Origin: Octopus sinensis
Taxonomy: Eukaryota
Length of the DNA stretch: 64,000 nucleotides
NCBI RefSeq assembly: GCF_006345805.1
Contig: NC_043001.1
Location: forward strand, 35,216,001-35,280,000
Direction of reading: 5' to 3'
The notes under the pieces were generated by a model. It was not told the origin of the DNA. It did no database searches and saw only the letters and a program-made list of their open reading frames with translations. This document shows positions 38,700 to 51,390 of the stretch, piece by piece; position 1 is the stretch's first letter; each line of letters opens with the position of its first letter. A program made the position numbers and the translations under genes.

Positions 38700-39331
38700 T
38701 AATAAATAAAATATATGCATACATACATATATGTACGTACCTACATCTATATGTATATATACATACATATATATATATGAGTACAGGACACCACAAATAA
38801 AAGTAGAACACAACGAGAAACGAAAACATAAAAACAAACTAGAAAACGGACTTTTTTTAACAACGCCAAAACAGAGTACAAGACAAACAATACAAGGAAT
38901 ATTCCCCTTCATCAGCTGTCCCTGGTTCGACGCAATGCGTGTTTCGAAGGTAAGGACAGAACACGATCCGGCTTTTTTTTCTTTCCTTGTTTTACTCCTC
39001 TGCAAAAGAATTTTATTTAATTCTTTTGCAGGAAGGACTGCTTCGACCGGATCGTGTTCTGTCCTTACCTTCGAAACACGCATTGCGTCGAACCAGGGAC
39101 AGCTGATGAATGGGAATATTCCTTGTATTGTTTGTCTTGTACTCTGTTTTGTCGTTGTTAAAAAAAGTCCGTTTCCTAGTTTGTTTTTATGTTTTCGTTT
39201 ATCGTTGTGTTCTACTTTTTTTGTGGTGTCCTGTACTCATATATATATATATATATATATGCATGTATATATACATATAGATGTAGGTACGTACATATAT
39301 GTATGTATGTATGCATATATTTTATTTATTA
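38700..39331. repeat. Large fold-back inverted repeat (arms of about 270-285 bp) with nested inner hairpin
   Basis: 38700-38971 versus 39047-39331. Inner stem CTGCAAAAGAATT/AATTCTTTTGCAG at 39000-39031. Confidence 0.95.
39032..39113 (+). ncRNA. Candidate permuted (jumbled) hammerhead ribozyme, family 2
   Basis: CGUGU-U-CUGUCC ... CCUUC-GAAA-CACG ... GGACAG-CUGAUGA. A partial mirror copy lies on the minus strand at about 38904-38971. Confidence 0.62.
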
Positions 39332-39420
39332 GATTATTATATGACTGAGCGCCCTCGCGTCGTTTCGTTTCATTTCTCCAAGTAAGTTTATATATATATA
39401 TATATAATAGTAATATTAAC

Positions 39421-39463
<43 letters not shown>

Positions 39464-39544
39464 TTAGGGAATATTATTTCAAACTTACAGGGAAAAATTC
39501 AATTTAGAAATACTAAATCAAATTTCGCAAAATATAACATATTA

Positions 39545-39949
39545 CTCTTTTACTCTTCTACTTGTTTCAGTTATTTTGACTGCGGCCATGCTGGAGCACC
39601 GCCTTTAGTCGAGCAAATCGACCCCAGGACTTATTCTTTGTAAGCCCACTACTTATTCTATCGGTCTTTTTTGCCGAACCGCTAAGTGACAGGGACGTAA
39701 ACACACCAGCATCGGTTGTCAAGCAATGCTAGGGGGACAAACACAGACACACAAATACACACACACACACATATATATATATACATATATACGACAGGAT
39801 TCTTTCAGTTTCCGTCTACCAAATCCACTCACAAGGCTTTGGTCGGCCCGGGGCTATAGCAGAAGACACTTGCCTAAGATGTAACGCAGTGGGACTGAAC
39901 CCGGAACCATGTGGTTGGTTAGCAAGCTACTTACCACACAGCCACACCT
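39545..39949 (-). mobile_element. SINE family A, full length
   Basis: Complete and close to the other full-length copies. Confidence 0.9.
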
Positions 39950-41757
39950 ATATATATATATAGGATGTAATTTTTTTCTATATGTTATAATTTAATTTTT
40001 TCTTTGTTGAATTGACAAAAGATGTTTTTTTTTTCTAATTTATATATATATATATAATATGCATATACATACACGTATGATGCACGTACGCAACACACAC
40101 ATGTATAATGTGGATTTCGTTAGGTGTAATAGCCGTATAAAAGCCTATTTTAATGCAAGAGGACAAAACCTGTTTCATGTCTAAACCATTGCTGTTTCTG
40201 TAATTGTTGTTGTTATGGTTGTTGCTTTGTTGGTAGTGAATGTGTTCTTCCTTTTCACATTACTTGCCTGTAAATGCTACAACAACAGGTTTGGTGTGAT
40301 TTTAAGATAGCCCTAACCACAATCATGTTCTTGAACATGTTTATTTATCTAAGATGTGATGTTACAATATTATTGTACATTGGTACAGCGTTTAATAACA
40401 GAACGATACATTGTATATTGTGTTACCAGACTGAAATAAATATCATTATCCCAAACGTGCATGTATTATCATGTGCAAATGGCTTGTCAGCGAAACAAGA
40501 TCAATTTTGAAGAATAACAGCCTGTAAACTCCCGAGGCAGCAAAGAGAAAAATGTAAAATTATTGTATTACCAGTCATTGCATTGCTATTGATTATACTT
40601 CTCAAATGCAAGTGAGATCTGTGTAGATCACGATGCTGTCCGAATTGGAAGCTACTGTTCAATCGTCAATGATTGATACGTGCTTGTTAGTACTACCTTA
40701 ATTGATATAAAAGATGAGTTTAAACCCGGAGAAAAATACTTGAAACGAGAACGTTATGCAAACATTATGGGCATGTATTCTCATCTGCAACAAACACATT
40801 TACGGTCCCATGTCCTCTAGTAGGGTTCGTATCTCCGTCCCACACAAAGTTTGTTTCAATTAATTTAGGATACGCATATTAATCTAGTTATGCTCATCAG
40901 TTTTTATTCTTTGAACTGTGATCTTTAATTACATATGTGATGATTACATGACGCATTTGGGAATCGAAAATGCATAGGTTTTTTTGGCCTGTTAAAATGA
41001 TGCTGTTTCTCCACATATCTTGCAAACGTTGGCTGAAATAGTCAGCTCACTTCTAACTATGAAGTAAATGATACTAAACACAATAGTTTATGTCATCCAG
41101 CAAGATATCTACACACCAACAGACACTCCAAGAAACAGTTCAAGTGCTTTGACCACTTCCGAGCAGGAGCTTTTGAAATACTGCTGCATTTATGCTTCTG
41201 AAATATAACTTCTGCGCATGAAACGACCAATAGCAGATAATATATCGTTGGCTCTCGAGATATGTTTTAATGTAGTGTCTCAAGTAAAAACCAATCGAAT
41301 AATGCTCTTGTTTTATACGACTTTTTATTTAAATACTTCTGGAAATAGTTTAGAGACTGGAAGTAAGAGTGTAAACGGGATTGCACATTCAATTTGTTGT
41401 CGTCTTCTAAACTTTTGAGTACACTGAATAACACTTGGGATTTTTACGCTATCGTACCGCGCTTCCAAAACTCTGAAGTATCTAACAATCGATAAATCTA
41501 GCTGTATGTGCATGAAATTTTGTATAGAGTAATTTTCTCCATTTAAATTATGTTCTCCAAGCGATTTCAGGTACCAGAATTAAAAGACAAAATAACATGA
41601 AGTAGAGTTGGCGAGGTATTTTGTTGGTGAAAGCAGTTGGCAAATTGCAGAATTTAGCGAAGTTTTGGACGCAGTTAATGTAGTTTATATAAGAAAATAA
41701 TAAACTTGTACGGCACTGAAACACAGCAATAACGTGAACACAAGAAGAAGAAAATTT

Positions 41758-41885
41758 GTAGGAGTGGCTGTATGGTAAGTAGCTTGCTTGCCAACCACAT
41801 GGTTCCGAGTTCAGTCCCACTGCGGGGCACCGACCAAAGCCTTGTGAGTGGAATTTGTAGACGGAAACTGAAAAAAGCCCGTCGT
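41758..41885 (+). mobile_element. SINE family A, 5' fragment with internal deletion
   Basis: Head plus GACGGAAACTGAAA..AGCCCGTCG, then (TA)n. Confidence 0.8.
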
Positions 41886-42640
41886 ATATATGTATGTATA
41901 TATATATATATGAATTATGAGACGTATGAAAACGTCGATTATATTTTATATTTGTTTAAATGCAATATTAGTCTATTACTGTCTAACTATTGTAGGAATG
42001 AATATTTCATATCATCTTTAGAGTAGAATGTTTTTCACTGAAGTTGTATATCTTGATAATAATCTAGTTCCAAATATGGTGAAATCAATAGCAAAACGTT
42101 ATCCCCCAGCTAGACAAGTGCACATGAGAGTGCTCCATCTTTAGTTAGAATCGTTTTACTCCACACACACAATGATGCTGATAGTAAAGCATGAACCTTA
42201 AGGTATTATATTCCACTATCCTTCCTGAAACAGGGCCTTTCGCCAATCCAAAATAAACTCTTATTGTAACTTCTATACAAACTATATGACAGCTGACAAG
42301 GTTTGACAAGGTTAATCAATTTTAGTTTATTCATGTTGAGAATGTTTTGGTTTTCAATGCTAATAATATTACACATGTCAATCATATATATTGATGCAAA
42401 TGTTTGTATTCATAATCTTACAATTGTCAATCTAGTTGATGTATTTTCTATTGATGGGTTTTGTCTTAATAACTTGTTGCCGAATAATGTTAGGAAAAGG
42501 AAAGTATTCAGACAAACCGTTTCTATGAATAGAATGAATATGTATACAGCCTGAAAAACATTTCATTTCAGTGATAGTGAATGCTTTTCATAATTCTAAG
42601 CACTTCATTTCTCTTTCCTTGCTAATGGGAGGCACTGGAA

Positions 42641-42678
<38 letters not shown>

Positions 42679-42886
42679 ATGTATGTATATGTGCATAAAT
42701 ACGTCTGTATGTATCTATGTATGTGTATATATGCGTGTTTGTATGTATGCATATGTATATATTATCATGAGCCCTAGAACGCATAAGGCTGATTATCCAT
42801 TTTCATATAAGTTATTTCTTATATATTTTGCTTTGTATATTGTCGAAGTGTAGTGTGTATGTATGTATATATATGTATATGTATAC

Positions 42887-42962
<76 letters not shown>

Positions 42963-42971
42963 CCATACACA

Positions 42972-43181
42972 ATATGTGACCGCGCGTGTATCGTTGGCGA
43001 TTTTTTCCTCCGTCTTCCCTTCCTTGGATATTTCTTTTTCCTACGTTCCTAACGAAGAGCTCCGCTCGAAACGTTAATTCCTCCTTCTTTTTTTCCTTTC
43101 CTGAGCGTCCAATAACGCTATACTTGTTCCGCGTCCTCGCGTTGTTCTTTTTTCTCTTTGTGTCTTCATGTTTGGATTAAC
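42972..43181 (+). mobile_element. Family E-related element, inverted relative to 33712-33935
   Basis: CTAACGA-A-GAGC-TCC-GCTC-GAAACGT at 43049-43074. High similarity to 33712-33935. Confidence 0.65.
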
Positions 43182-43332
43182 TATATACATACATATATAT
43201 ATATATATGTATGTATGAATGTATGCATGTATGTATGAATCTTCAACTACATTGTGATCTGTGATCATCACCCACCCACACTGTTTTGACACTTGAAAAC
43301 GAATACTGGATGATAATGGCATTTAAGGTATA

Positions 43333-43704
43333 CTAGCAGTATCGCCCGGCGTTGCTCAGGTTTGTAAGGGAAATAACTATAAAGCATTTTTAGAGAGTTA
43401 TAGCAAAAAAATGGAAAAAAAATGATGGTAAATTTTTTTTAAGAGTTAAAAAGGTGGAGTTGCGTCCCGTAGACGGTCTGTGGTTTGAGTTTCTGATTCT
43501 CGACCCCATGTCGAATTTATCGATTTTTTTCAGAACTGGGGGAACTTTTCAAAATTTTCGCTGCGTTAGTTTTGAATTATGACATTGGGCTATGTGTGTG
43601 TCAAGTTTCATCAGAATCGGTTGAAAGCCGTGGTCAGAGTGAGGGTACGAGAAAACAGACACACAGAAAACGCACAGACAAACTGCCGTTTATATAGAGA
43701 GAGA
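43333..43704 (-). mobile_element. Non-autonomous Helitron
   Basis: Minus strand has a 5' TC, a subterminal GC hairpin and a 3' CTAG, inserted between A and T. Near-identical to 61321-61700. Confidence 0.85.
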
Positions 43705-43859
43705 TATCATTAACATTTACCATTTTTGGATAACAGGAAGATTTTATACAGAAGAATTGCAACTCTTTTTAGAACTGCCAAACTCCAACCAGATGCAAGA
43801 CCCTTAGAAGCCAGATCCGAGAACTCTAAATGGTCTGTTACATATTTTTTCTTCTCAAA

Positions 43860-44215
43860 AACACTATTATTTGATCGGGATATATACATTTAAACTAATT
43901 TTCATCTTATTATAAAAAATTTTTATAATCTGATCTGAATATTTTTATGTAAACTATTTGTTGACTCATTAGAGGATAAACATATTTTATCTCCTTGTTA
44001 AAGACTTGATCGAGATATATTCATGTAAACCACTTTTTCTTCTTATCATTATAAAAATTTTGTTACCTGATCTGAATATTTGCTTGTAAACTATTTTTTG
44101 ACTCATCACAGAGGATACACAAAGCCTCAATCCTTTTCTTATTGTGAAAGACTCTATCACTTGTTTTAAATACATTTTTGTAAACTTATTTTTGACACCA
44201 CAGAGGATGAACTAA
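43860..44215. repeat. Degenerate tandem duplication (period about 137 bp)
   Basis: TGATCTGAATATTT...GTAAACTATTT.TTGACTCAT..AGAGGATA at about 43931 and 44068, with a partial third unit at about 44174. Confidence 0.7.
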
Positions 44216-44329
44216 ACCTCACATTTTACCTAGATTTTTTTAATAAGTGAAACCGGTTAAGTTAAATACTTTAAAAGACTCCTGCATTTTGAGATTCATT
44301 TCCTTATGTACAAACACACACACACACAT

Positions 44330-44960
44330 TCTTTTATTCTCTTATTTGTTTCAGTCACTTGACTGCGGCCATGCTGGAGCACTGCTTTATTTAGTCGAAG
44401 AAACCGACCCTAGGATGTATTCTTTGTAGGCTTGGTACTTATTCTATCGGTCTTTTTTGCCGAACGCAAGGTTACAGGGACGTAAACACACCAACATCGG
44501 TTGTCAAGCGATGGGAGGGGGACAACAAATAAACACACACACACGCACACACACACACACACCTCGAACCCACAAGAGTAAACAAGAGAGACAGAGACAG
44601 CAGAAACAAAGAAAATGCCACTTGTATTTGAACACTATACAAATATTCTTTTAAACTTTTCTTTTAATTTTTCCAAATTTAATTGTTTTCCATACTTACA
44701 GTTGAAAAGGTTTCAATGACTGAAACCGGTACTGAAATGTTTTTTATAAAATTATTTTAGCATTTTCTATCTCGACTTTTTTTCCATATATATATACACG
44801 TCAGTCTTCTTACAGTTTCCGTCTACCAAATCAAGTCACAAGGCTTTGGTCAACTCGCGGCTAGAGTAGAATACACTTGCTCAATGTGCCACGCTGTACA
44901 ACTGAACCCGGAACCATGTGGTTGGGAAGCAAGCTTCTTGCTACAAAGCTACACCTGCAC
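44330..44960 (-). mobile_element. SINE family A split by an insertion in its internal microsatellite
   Basis: Tail half at 44330-44562, head half at about 44800-44960. Confidence 0.8.
44563..44790 (+). mobile_element. Penelope-like terminal fragment with decayed minimal HHR
   Basis: CAG-TTGAAAA-GGT..ACT-GAAA-CCGG-TA-CTG at 44699-44734, with palindromic stem III ACCGGT. Confidence 0.5.
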
Positions 44961-46106
44961 TTAGCCGCCTCTGCACCTAAAATATTTTGCGCCTACCCGC
45001 TCGTTCACCTAGCCATGCCTACTCATATATAATATATATAAATGTACTGTCGCTTTACACTTTTCTCATTGGCTTTATACACTGAAGGTATTGTTTCGTG
45101 ACTTATCCTTTCGGCCTTAAACCAGAGACACATTGAACTCAGTTAGATAAACGGCAAGAGCAAGTAGTGGTGTCAAACCTGACGACGAATCAAGTCTAGG
45201 ACCTAACAACAATCACTCTATTAATTTTGCCTTCCGCTGCCCTCTATTTTATCGACCCGAAAGTTTTCAGATCAAAGTTCACTTCGGGGCAATTTGAACT
45301 ATGACAGCAAGTCCAACTGTCTCAATTTACTCTTCTTAGCATGTAAAGACTCTGTTAATTACCTGCCTAATTAAATACATAATTACTAAACGAACGCATG
45401 TATTTCAGAGATGAGTATGCTCGGGAAGTATTTATTTATCATTGTTAGTCATTGATTAATATTATTCTTTATCTCACAGCATGTTTAATTGATTTTTGGT
45501 CGTTTAATGCTCCATTGATTAAATATGCTGACAAGCGATTAGTAATATTAAGGTACGAATCGCTTGAAAACAATATTATTATTGAATTATTGCTTAATTA
45601 ATCATTCAGAATTATTGAATTTTCAATAATTTTGTTTTCTATGATAACAGATATTCATTTCTGTATATTTAATTACAGATCCGTTCTAACCGCTCCGACA
45701 AATACATTGAGGCTCCGCCGTTGACTCAGCAGAATAAAACATGACTAGAATTATCTTTCGGGCTTACTGGCAAATAAGATTTAAAAAATTTTCCTTCTTA
45801 AAGCGCCATATAGTAAATGTACCGATTCAGCATGCTTTCTATAAAATAATATTTCTATTTAATTATTACTTTTATCTTAAATTCTGCAATTTACTAGAGA
45901 TGCACCTATACTAGTAACTCTTTTCTTACTTGGTTCAGGTGAAAAGAAAATGGTCATAGTAGGCATTTTGGTTCGATTTTCGAGATTGTGAAACTTTTTT
46001 CATGTGCCAAATTCAATTCACAAAGTATTTTTTGAACAATAAATTGTGAAAGAGATTTGGCAGTTGAGGACTATGCTGAAGTTCGTCTTCTATGCACAGA
46101 CTGGCA

Positions 46107-46186
<80 letters not shown>

Positions 46187-46226
46187 ACACAAACGAACAA
46201 ACACACACATATTTATTGCTCATGTT

Positions 46227-46360
46227 CTGAGCTGGCAGAATCTTTAGAATGTCAGAATAAAAGCTTTGCATTATTCCGTTTCTTCATGCCCTGTTTTGAA
46301 ATTGGGCAGAGGTGAGCTTCACCCTTCATCCTTCCAGGATCGATAAAATACGGTGGTAGT
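46227..46360 (+). mobile_element. Old family D SINE fragment
   Basis: GAGCTGGCAGAATC head and CCTTCATCCTTCC.GG.TCGATAAAATA domain. Confidence 0.6.
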
Positions 46361-46499
46361 TAAGTAATTGTACCTGACATTCATTAAGGTTGATTAGTGT
46401 GATGCATGAGAATTTCGGCCCCTAAAGTACATTATAAATTCTGTCCATTAAAAACAAAATAAACTATATAATTTAGTATTAGTTCTATATACCCTGTTC

Positions 46500-47072
46500 G
46501 TTCTTCCAAATGTACCCCTAAAACTGAGGCCATCACTTCCCCTGGTCTTGTTTGGAGAAATCGAAAGAAGAGTTTTCATTTCATTGATTATCACATTTTC
46601 TCTGGCTCAAAGTGATAAATCCTACACTCCTCCTGGATTAGGTAACTTTTAAGGAAACCAGCAGGATCTAACTCGAACAATGTCAGATTTTCCGGTGATA
46701 GGATCAGCCTGATGCATTTTTGTCAGAAAATGTGGCACCCACCGAGCAGAAACCTTCGTTATGCTAAATTCATTGGGCTAAATATTGTCAGCTCTCTCAC
46801 AGTATATGCTAATAACCTTGGCTATTTGTTTTACTGTCAATCGCCTGTCGTCCATCACCATGTGATGATCACGCTCAACGTTTTCCTTGGTGGTAGGAGT
46901 AGCAAGTCCTTCAGATCCTAAGTCGTGTCACCCCACCTCCATTCTAAATTCAGTTTCACACTTTTGCATTGTTAATTAATTAGGGGCGTCATCCACTAAT
47001 GTAGCAACCGTGTCAGCATGAATGTTATTTTGTGCAGAAAACTGATAATACCACTATTCCATATTTTCTCCG
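46500..47072 (-). pseudogene. Degraded mariner transposase, N-terminal half
   Basis: Minus-strand fragments IHADTVATL.DDAP, MVMDDRRLTVKQIA and KVSARWVPHFLT (mariner WVPHEL-type motif), with many stops and frameshifts. Confidence 0.75.
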
Positions 47073-47098
47073 TTTTGAAGAGAACTCGTTTCTAGTTA

Positions 47099-47260
47099 GG
47101 CGTAGGAGTGGCTGTGTTGTAAGTAGCTTGCTTACCGACCACATGGTTCCAGGTTCAGTCCCACTGCGTGGCACTTTGGGCAAGTGTCTTCTACTATAGC
47201 CTCGCGCCGACCAAAGCCTTGTGAGTGGATTTGGTAGACGGAAACTGAAAGAAGCCCGCC

Positions 47261-47302
<42 letters not shown>

Positions 47303-47515
47303 ATATGTTTGTGTGTCTGTGTTCGTCTCCCCAACATCGCTTGACAACCGATGCTGGTGTGTTTACGTCCCCGTAACTTAGCGGTTCGGCAAAAGATACC
47401 GATAGAATAAGTACCAGGCTTACAAAGAATAAGTCCTGGGGTCGATTTGCTCGACTAAAGGCGGTGCTCAAGCATGGCCACAGTCAAATGACTGAACCAA
47501 ATAAAAGAGTATAGA
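47099..47515 (+). mobile_element. SINE family A, full length
   Basis: Complete head, core, microsatellite and tail. Confidence 0.9.
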
Positions 47516-47703
47516 GTAACTTTTACAGTCTTCTTTGAACGGCCAGATACCAGTTTACTTGGAAAGAAACAACGCAGCTATTATAAGAAAACTTGAAATT
47601 TATGCATGACAGATCTCACAGTTCTAACATCACTACTTCATAGTCAGCCGATGAAAGTTTTCAGCCCACTCTCGTACTATCTTGCAGCGACAAATGAAAG
47701 TAA

Positions 47704-48065
47704 TCTCTCTATATATAAAGAGCAAAATGCTTCCGTGTGTGTCCTTTATACAAATCCACAATGTTTCAGTTAGAGGGCTCGCACTTCCTATGGTCATTCA
47801 AAACGTCCAAGGGTGGTCGTTCACATCTTTACATTTCCCCAGTCACCCCGCAAAGCCATTAAAAGAGCAATAGAAGTGACTTTTTGTGAATTTTCTATCC
47901 AAAACCCAATCAAAATGCCCGAAACTTGATACGCCAATTGAAAGCCAGCTAGCTGTATGTGATTGATCGGAGATTTGGACAGTACTCGCATGTATGTACG
48001 CACGCACGCAGCTGTATATGCATGCACTAGCACTATAACCCGGCAACGCCGGGTCATAGTGCTAG
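47704..48065 (+). mobile_element. Non-autonomous Helitron, second family
   Basis: A|TCTCTCTATATATAAA start, CCCGGC-AAC-GCCGGG hairpin, CTAG|T end. Confidence 0.8.
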
Positions 48066-48212
48066 TTTAAATATAATCAGACTGTTGTAAACACTGGAAT
48101 CGATATGAAAGATTAAATCACGTAAAGGCAATGTTCTACAATAACTGAAGTGTGATAGTGAAACTAATAATATATTAATAAAAGTGCTAATTTCAAAAAA
48201 AATTCATATATA

Positions 48213-48773
48213 TTAGGATGTCCGGAAAGTTCGTGCCGATTTTTAAAGGAAAGATCAATAAATAATTGCCATTACATTTTTAATCAACCAAATATGAACC
48301 ATTTTGTTGCACAATGCGTCTCTATCTTTCCTTTAACTTGAAAATACCCTCTTCCCAGAACCGAGGTGGTTTCATAGCAAAGAATTCATCAAGGTATCTT
48401 TTTACCTCATCCAAGGAATTGAAATTTTTACCTTTAAGACTATTCTACAGAGACCTGAATAAGTGGAAATCCGAAGGAGCAATATCTGGTGAATATGGAG
48501 GGTGGGGTAACACATGCCAGCCGAGCTGCAGCAATTTTTGTCTAGTTCCCAAATTATCAAGTGCCGAAAATGAACTTTCATATCTTCCATTTTTAAAGGG
48601 TTACAGAATTAACACAGGTTATATGAACATAAACCTGCTTTCACGAAAAGATAGCTTAAACTGTGCTCTAAATGGAGGTGTATTCAAATCCTATTTTATG
48701 GACTCAACCATGTTCTAAAATAAGTCGGAAGGTAAGCTACTATAAATCGGCACGAACTTTCTGGACAACCCAA
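48213..48773 (-). mobile_element. Internally deleted mariner transposon
   Basis: TA TSD and TIRs of about 30 bp (TTAGGATGTCCGGAAAGTTCGTGCCGATTT). The minus strand has the N-terminus MEDMKVHFRHLIIWE joined to the C-terminus HPPYSPDIAPSDFHLFRSL*...QQNGSYLVD*. Confidence 0.92.
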
Positions 48774-49067
48774 TACTTCCTCGAACACTAACTGCTAATA
48801 TGAAACGAATTTTCTCGAATGTTTCCGATGACAAGTGGTAGTAATTATCTAATTGGAGGATATTTTTGCATGCGTATGCGCTCCGGTAAATATAATGAAT
48901 CGTAAAAAATAACGTTGTCCTTAATGAAGAGCTAATCAACTTTTAACGAATATTAAAGAACAAAAACATAAAACTACGCAGATTTTACACACCCACACAT
49001 AGGCACATTCACATACATATATACGTATGAAAAGAGTGATGGTGAAAGAGAGGTATGCCCGTGTGAG

Positions 49068-49098
<31 letters not shown>

Positions 49099-49136
49099 CG
49101 ACAGGCTTCTTTCAGTTTCCGTCTACCAAATCCACT

Positions 49137-49215
<79 letters not shown>

Positions 49216-49219
<4 letters not shown>

Positions 49220-49505
49220 GTTAGGGCAGCGGACTCGCGGTCGGAGGATCGCGGTTTCGATTCCAGACCAGGCGTTGTGAGTGTTTATTGAGCGAAAACA
49301 CCTAAAGCTCCACGAGGTTCCGGCAGAGGGTGGTGGCGATCCCTGCGGTACTCTTTCGCCACAACTTTCTCTCACTCTTTCTTCTGTTGGCCTGCTCACT
49401 TAGCCAGCGGGGTGGCGTCATTTGATGGTTAAAACAGTGTGAAGCGCATTATGACCAGCGATGTGCAACAACATCTGATAGCCTGGTCGGTCACGCTGAT
49501 CACGT
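49216..49505 (+). mobile_element. SINE family B
   Basis: Homologous to 35805-36094. A family A fragment precedes it at 49097-49140. Confidence 0.88.
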
Positions 49506-50207
49506 TGATATATAAAGAGCGAGTGAGAGGGGGGGGAGGAAATGAAAAAAAAAGGAGAAATCTTCTCGATAAATCACATATAAATTAATGTGAAAGTAGA
49601 AATATATATTCTTGTAGACCGGAATATTTATTTACTAAGCTAGCAAAAACATTTAGGTTAATTTCACGTTGACAAAAAATTCCCTGTGGTGATTGTTGGC
49701 ATGTCAATTTGTTAATGTAACTAATTCTTTGTTTTTCTAATGATTAGGTTTGAGTAGATGACCTTCAAATCGTGTGACAGGCACTTTAGGTATGTATTCA
49801 TATATATTTTTATCTGTTTTATTTTTATGAAGCTGTCAGAAATTGAGTTAGTTCTACGTATTTAGTTATTACTTGGTTGAAAAAAAGGGGAAAAGATAAG
49901 GTTTTTCACTTGTATGTTTCCTGTTCTCAGGAGAAATAAAATTGTGCATTTAAATCTGTCAAAAATTAGTACATGAGAAACATCCATATGGAATCGGCTG
50001 TTGGGAAGCAATGACGGATTAAATGTGATGATAATTTAGATAGTAAAATAATAGAATCCAAGAAAACTAGTGTGCTATTTATCGTCAAAATATAATTCTT
50101 AATAGGTTACAGAAGTGATAAAGACGACAGAGAACATTCGTAACATGAATATATAATATATGTACAAATGAGTATATAAATACCTGTATGTATATACGTA
50201 ATATATA

Positions 50208-50262
<55 letters not shown>

Positions 50263-50348
50263 TATATATATATATATACACACATATATATATATATTTA
50301 TACATATACCTATGTATGTATTTATATATATATATATATATATACATA

Positions 50349-51390
50349 TGATTGATTGATTGATTGATTCTAGTTTCACCTCACGAGCTGAGGCCATGTG
50401 GGGCACCCGCCATTTGGTGTTGCTACATGGTTTTACTTCACGAAACCTTTTTAGCAACTGCCATTTGGTGCATGAGAGAGTTCGATGCAGCTGCCCTCAT
50501 CTGCACCTCCTGCCGTGAAGTTGGTTCATCTGGGATACCTGACAAGAAGAGATCCAGTTTCATTTTAAAGACATCTGCATCCACCCCATGCAGGTCTCTT
50601 AGGTCCTTCGGGAGGATATTGAAGAGCTGTGGGCCTCGGAAGCCCAGGCTATCACAGTATCTTGTCCTACATCTTGATGGCAAATTTGGAGTCCTTGGCA
50701 CCACGCAGTGGCGCCCAGTTCTGGCATTTGTGTAACTCTCGATGCCAAAGTTTGGGACAAGTCCTTCCAGGATCTTCCAGATGTATATTATGGCATATCT
50801 TTTTCGCCTACGCTCCAAGGAATAGAGTTTTATTCTCTTGAGTCTTTCCCAGTAGCTTATATTCTGCACAGAGGCTATCTTCTTCGTGTAGCTACGTTGG
50901 ATCGCCTCAAGTTCTGTGATCAACTTGACACTGGATGGTGACCATAGCTGAGAGCAATAGTCAAAGTGGCTTAGGACAAGTGTCCTCCAGAGGACCATCA
51001 TGGTTTCTTGTTCTCGTGTTCTAAAGGTTCTGAGAATCCATCCGGCCAGTCGTCTACATTTCATTGCCAATTTAGCAACATGTACACGAAAGGTTGCGTC
51101 ATCACTCATGTAAATACCCAGGTCACGCACTGATTGTGCCTCTGGGATTGTAATTCCCCGGGTCCAGTGTATTCATTGGGTATTGCATTTAGTTTTGCAT
51201 GCTGATAGCATAAAGCTTGAAACTTTTCAGCATTGAACTGCATGCTATTCTTTTCAGCCCACTTTATATTTTGTCCAGCTCACATTGCAGGCGTTTAGTG
51301 TCCTCAGGGTTCTGTATTGCCTGTGAAACTTTTGTATCATCTGCATAACTTGTGATCGTGGCTCTCTGCGTGGCTGTGGGCATGTCTGAG
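50349..51390 (-). mobile_element. 5'-truncated CR1/L2-group LINE (RT C-terminal region) with (ATTG)n tail
   Basis: SYADDTKVSQ motif. ORF 50438-51130 reads RDLGIYMS...YCSQLWSP...SLERRR. 3' stem-loop and tetranucleotide tail. Confidence 0.92.

Noticed and set aside
38601-39348. Overlapping 205-aa and 160-aa ORFs on opposite strands sharing peptides
   Set aside because: The shared peptides simply result from the inverted repeat.
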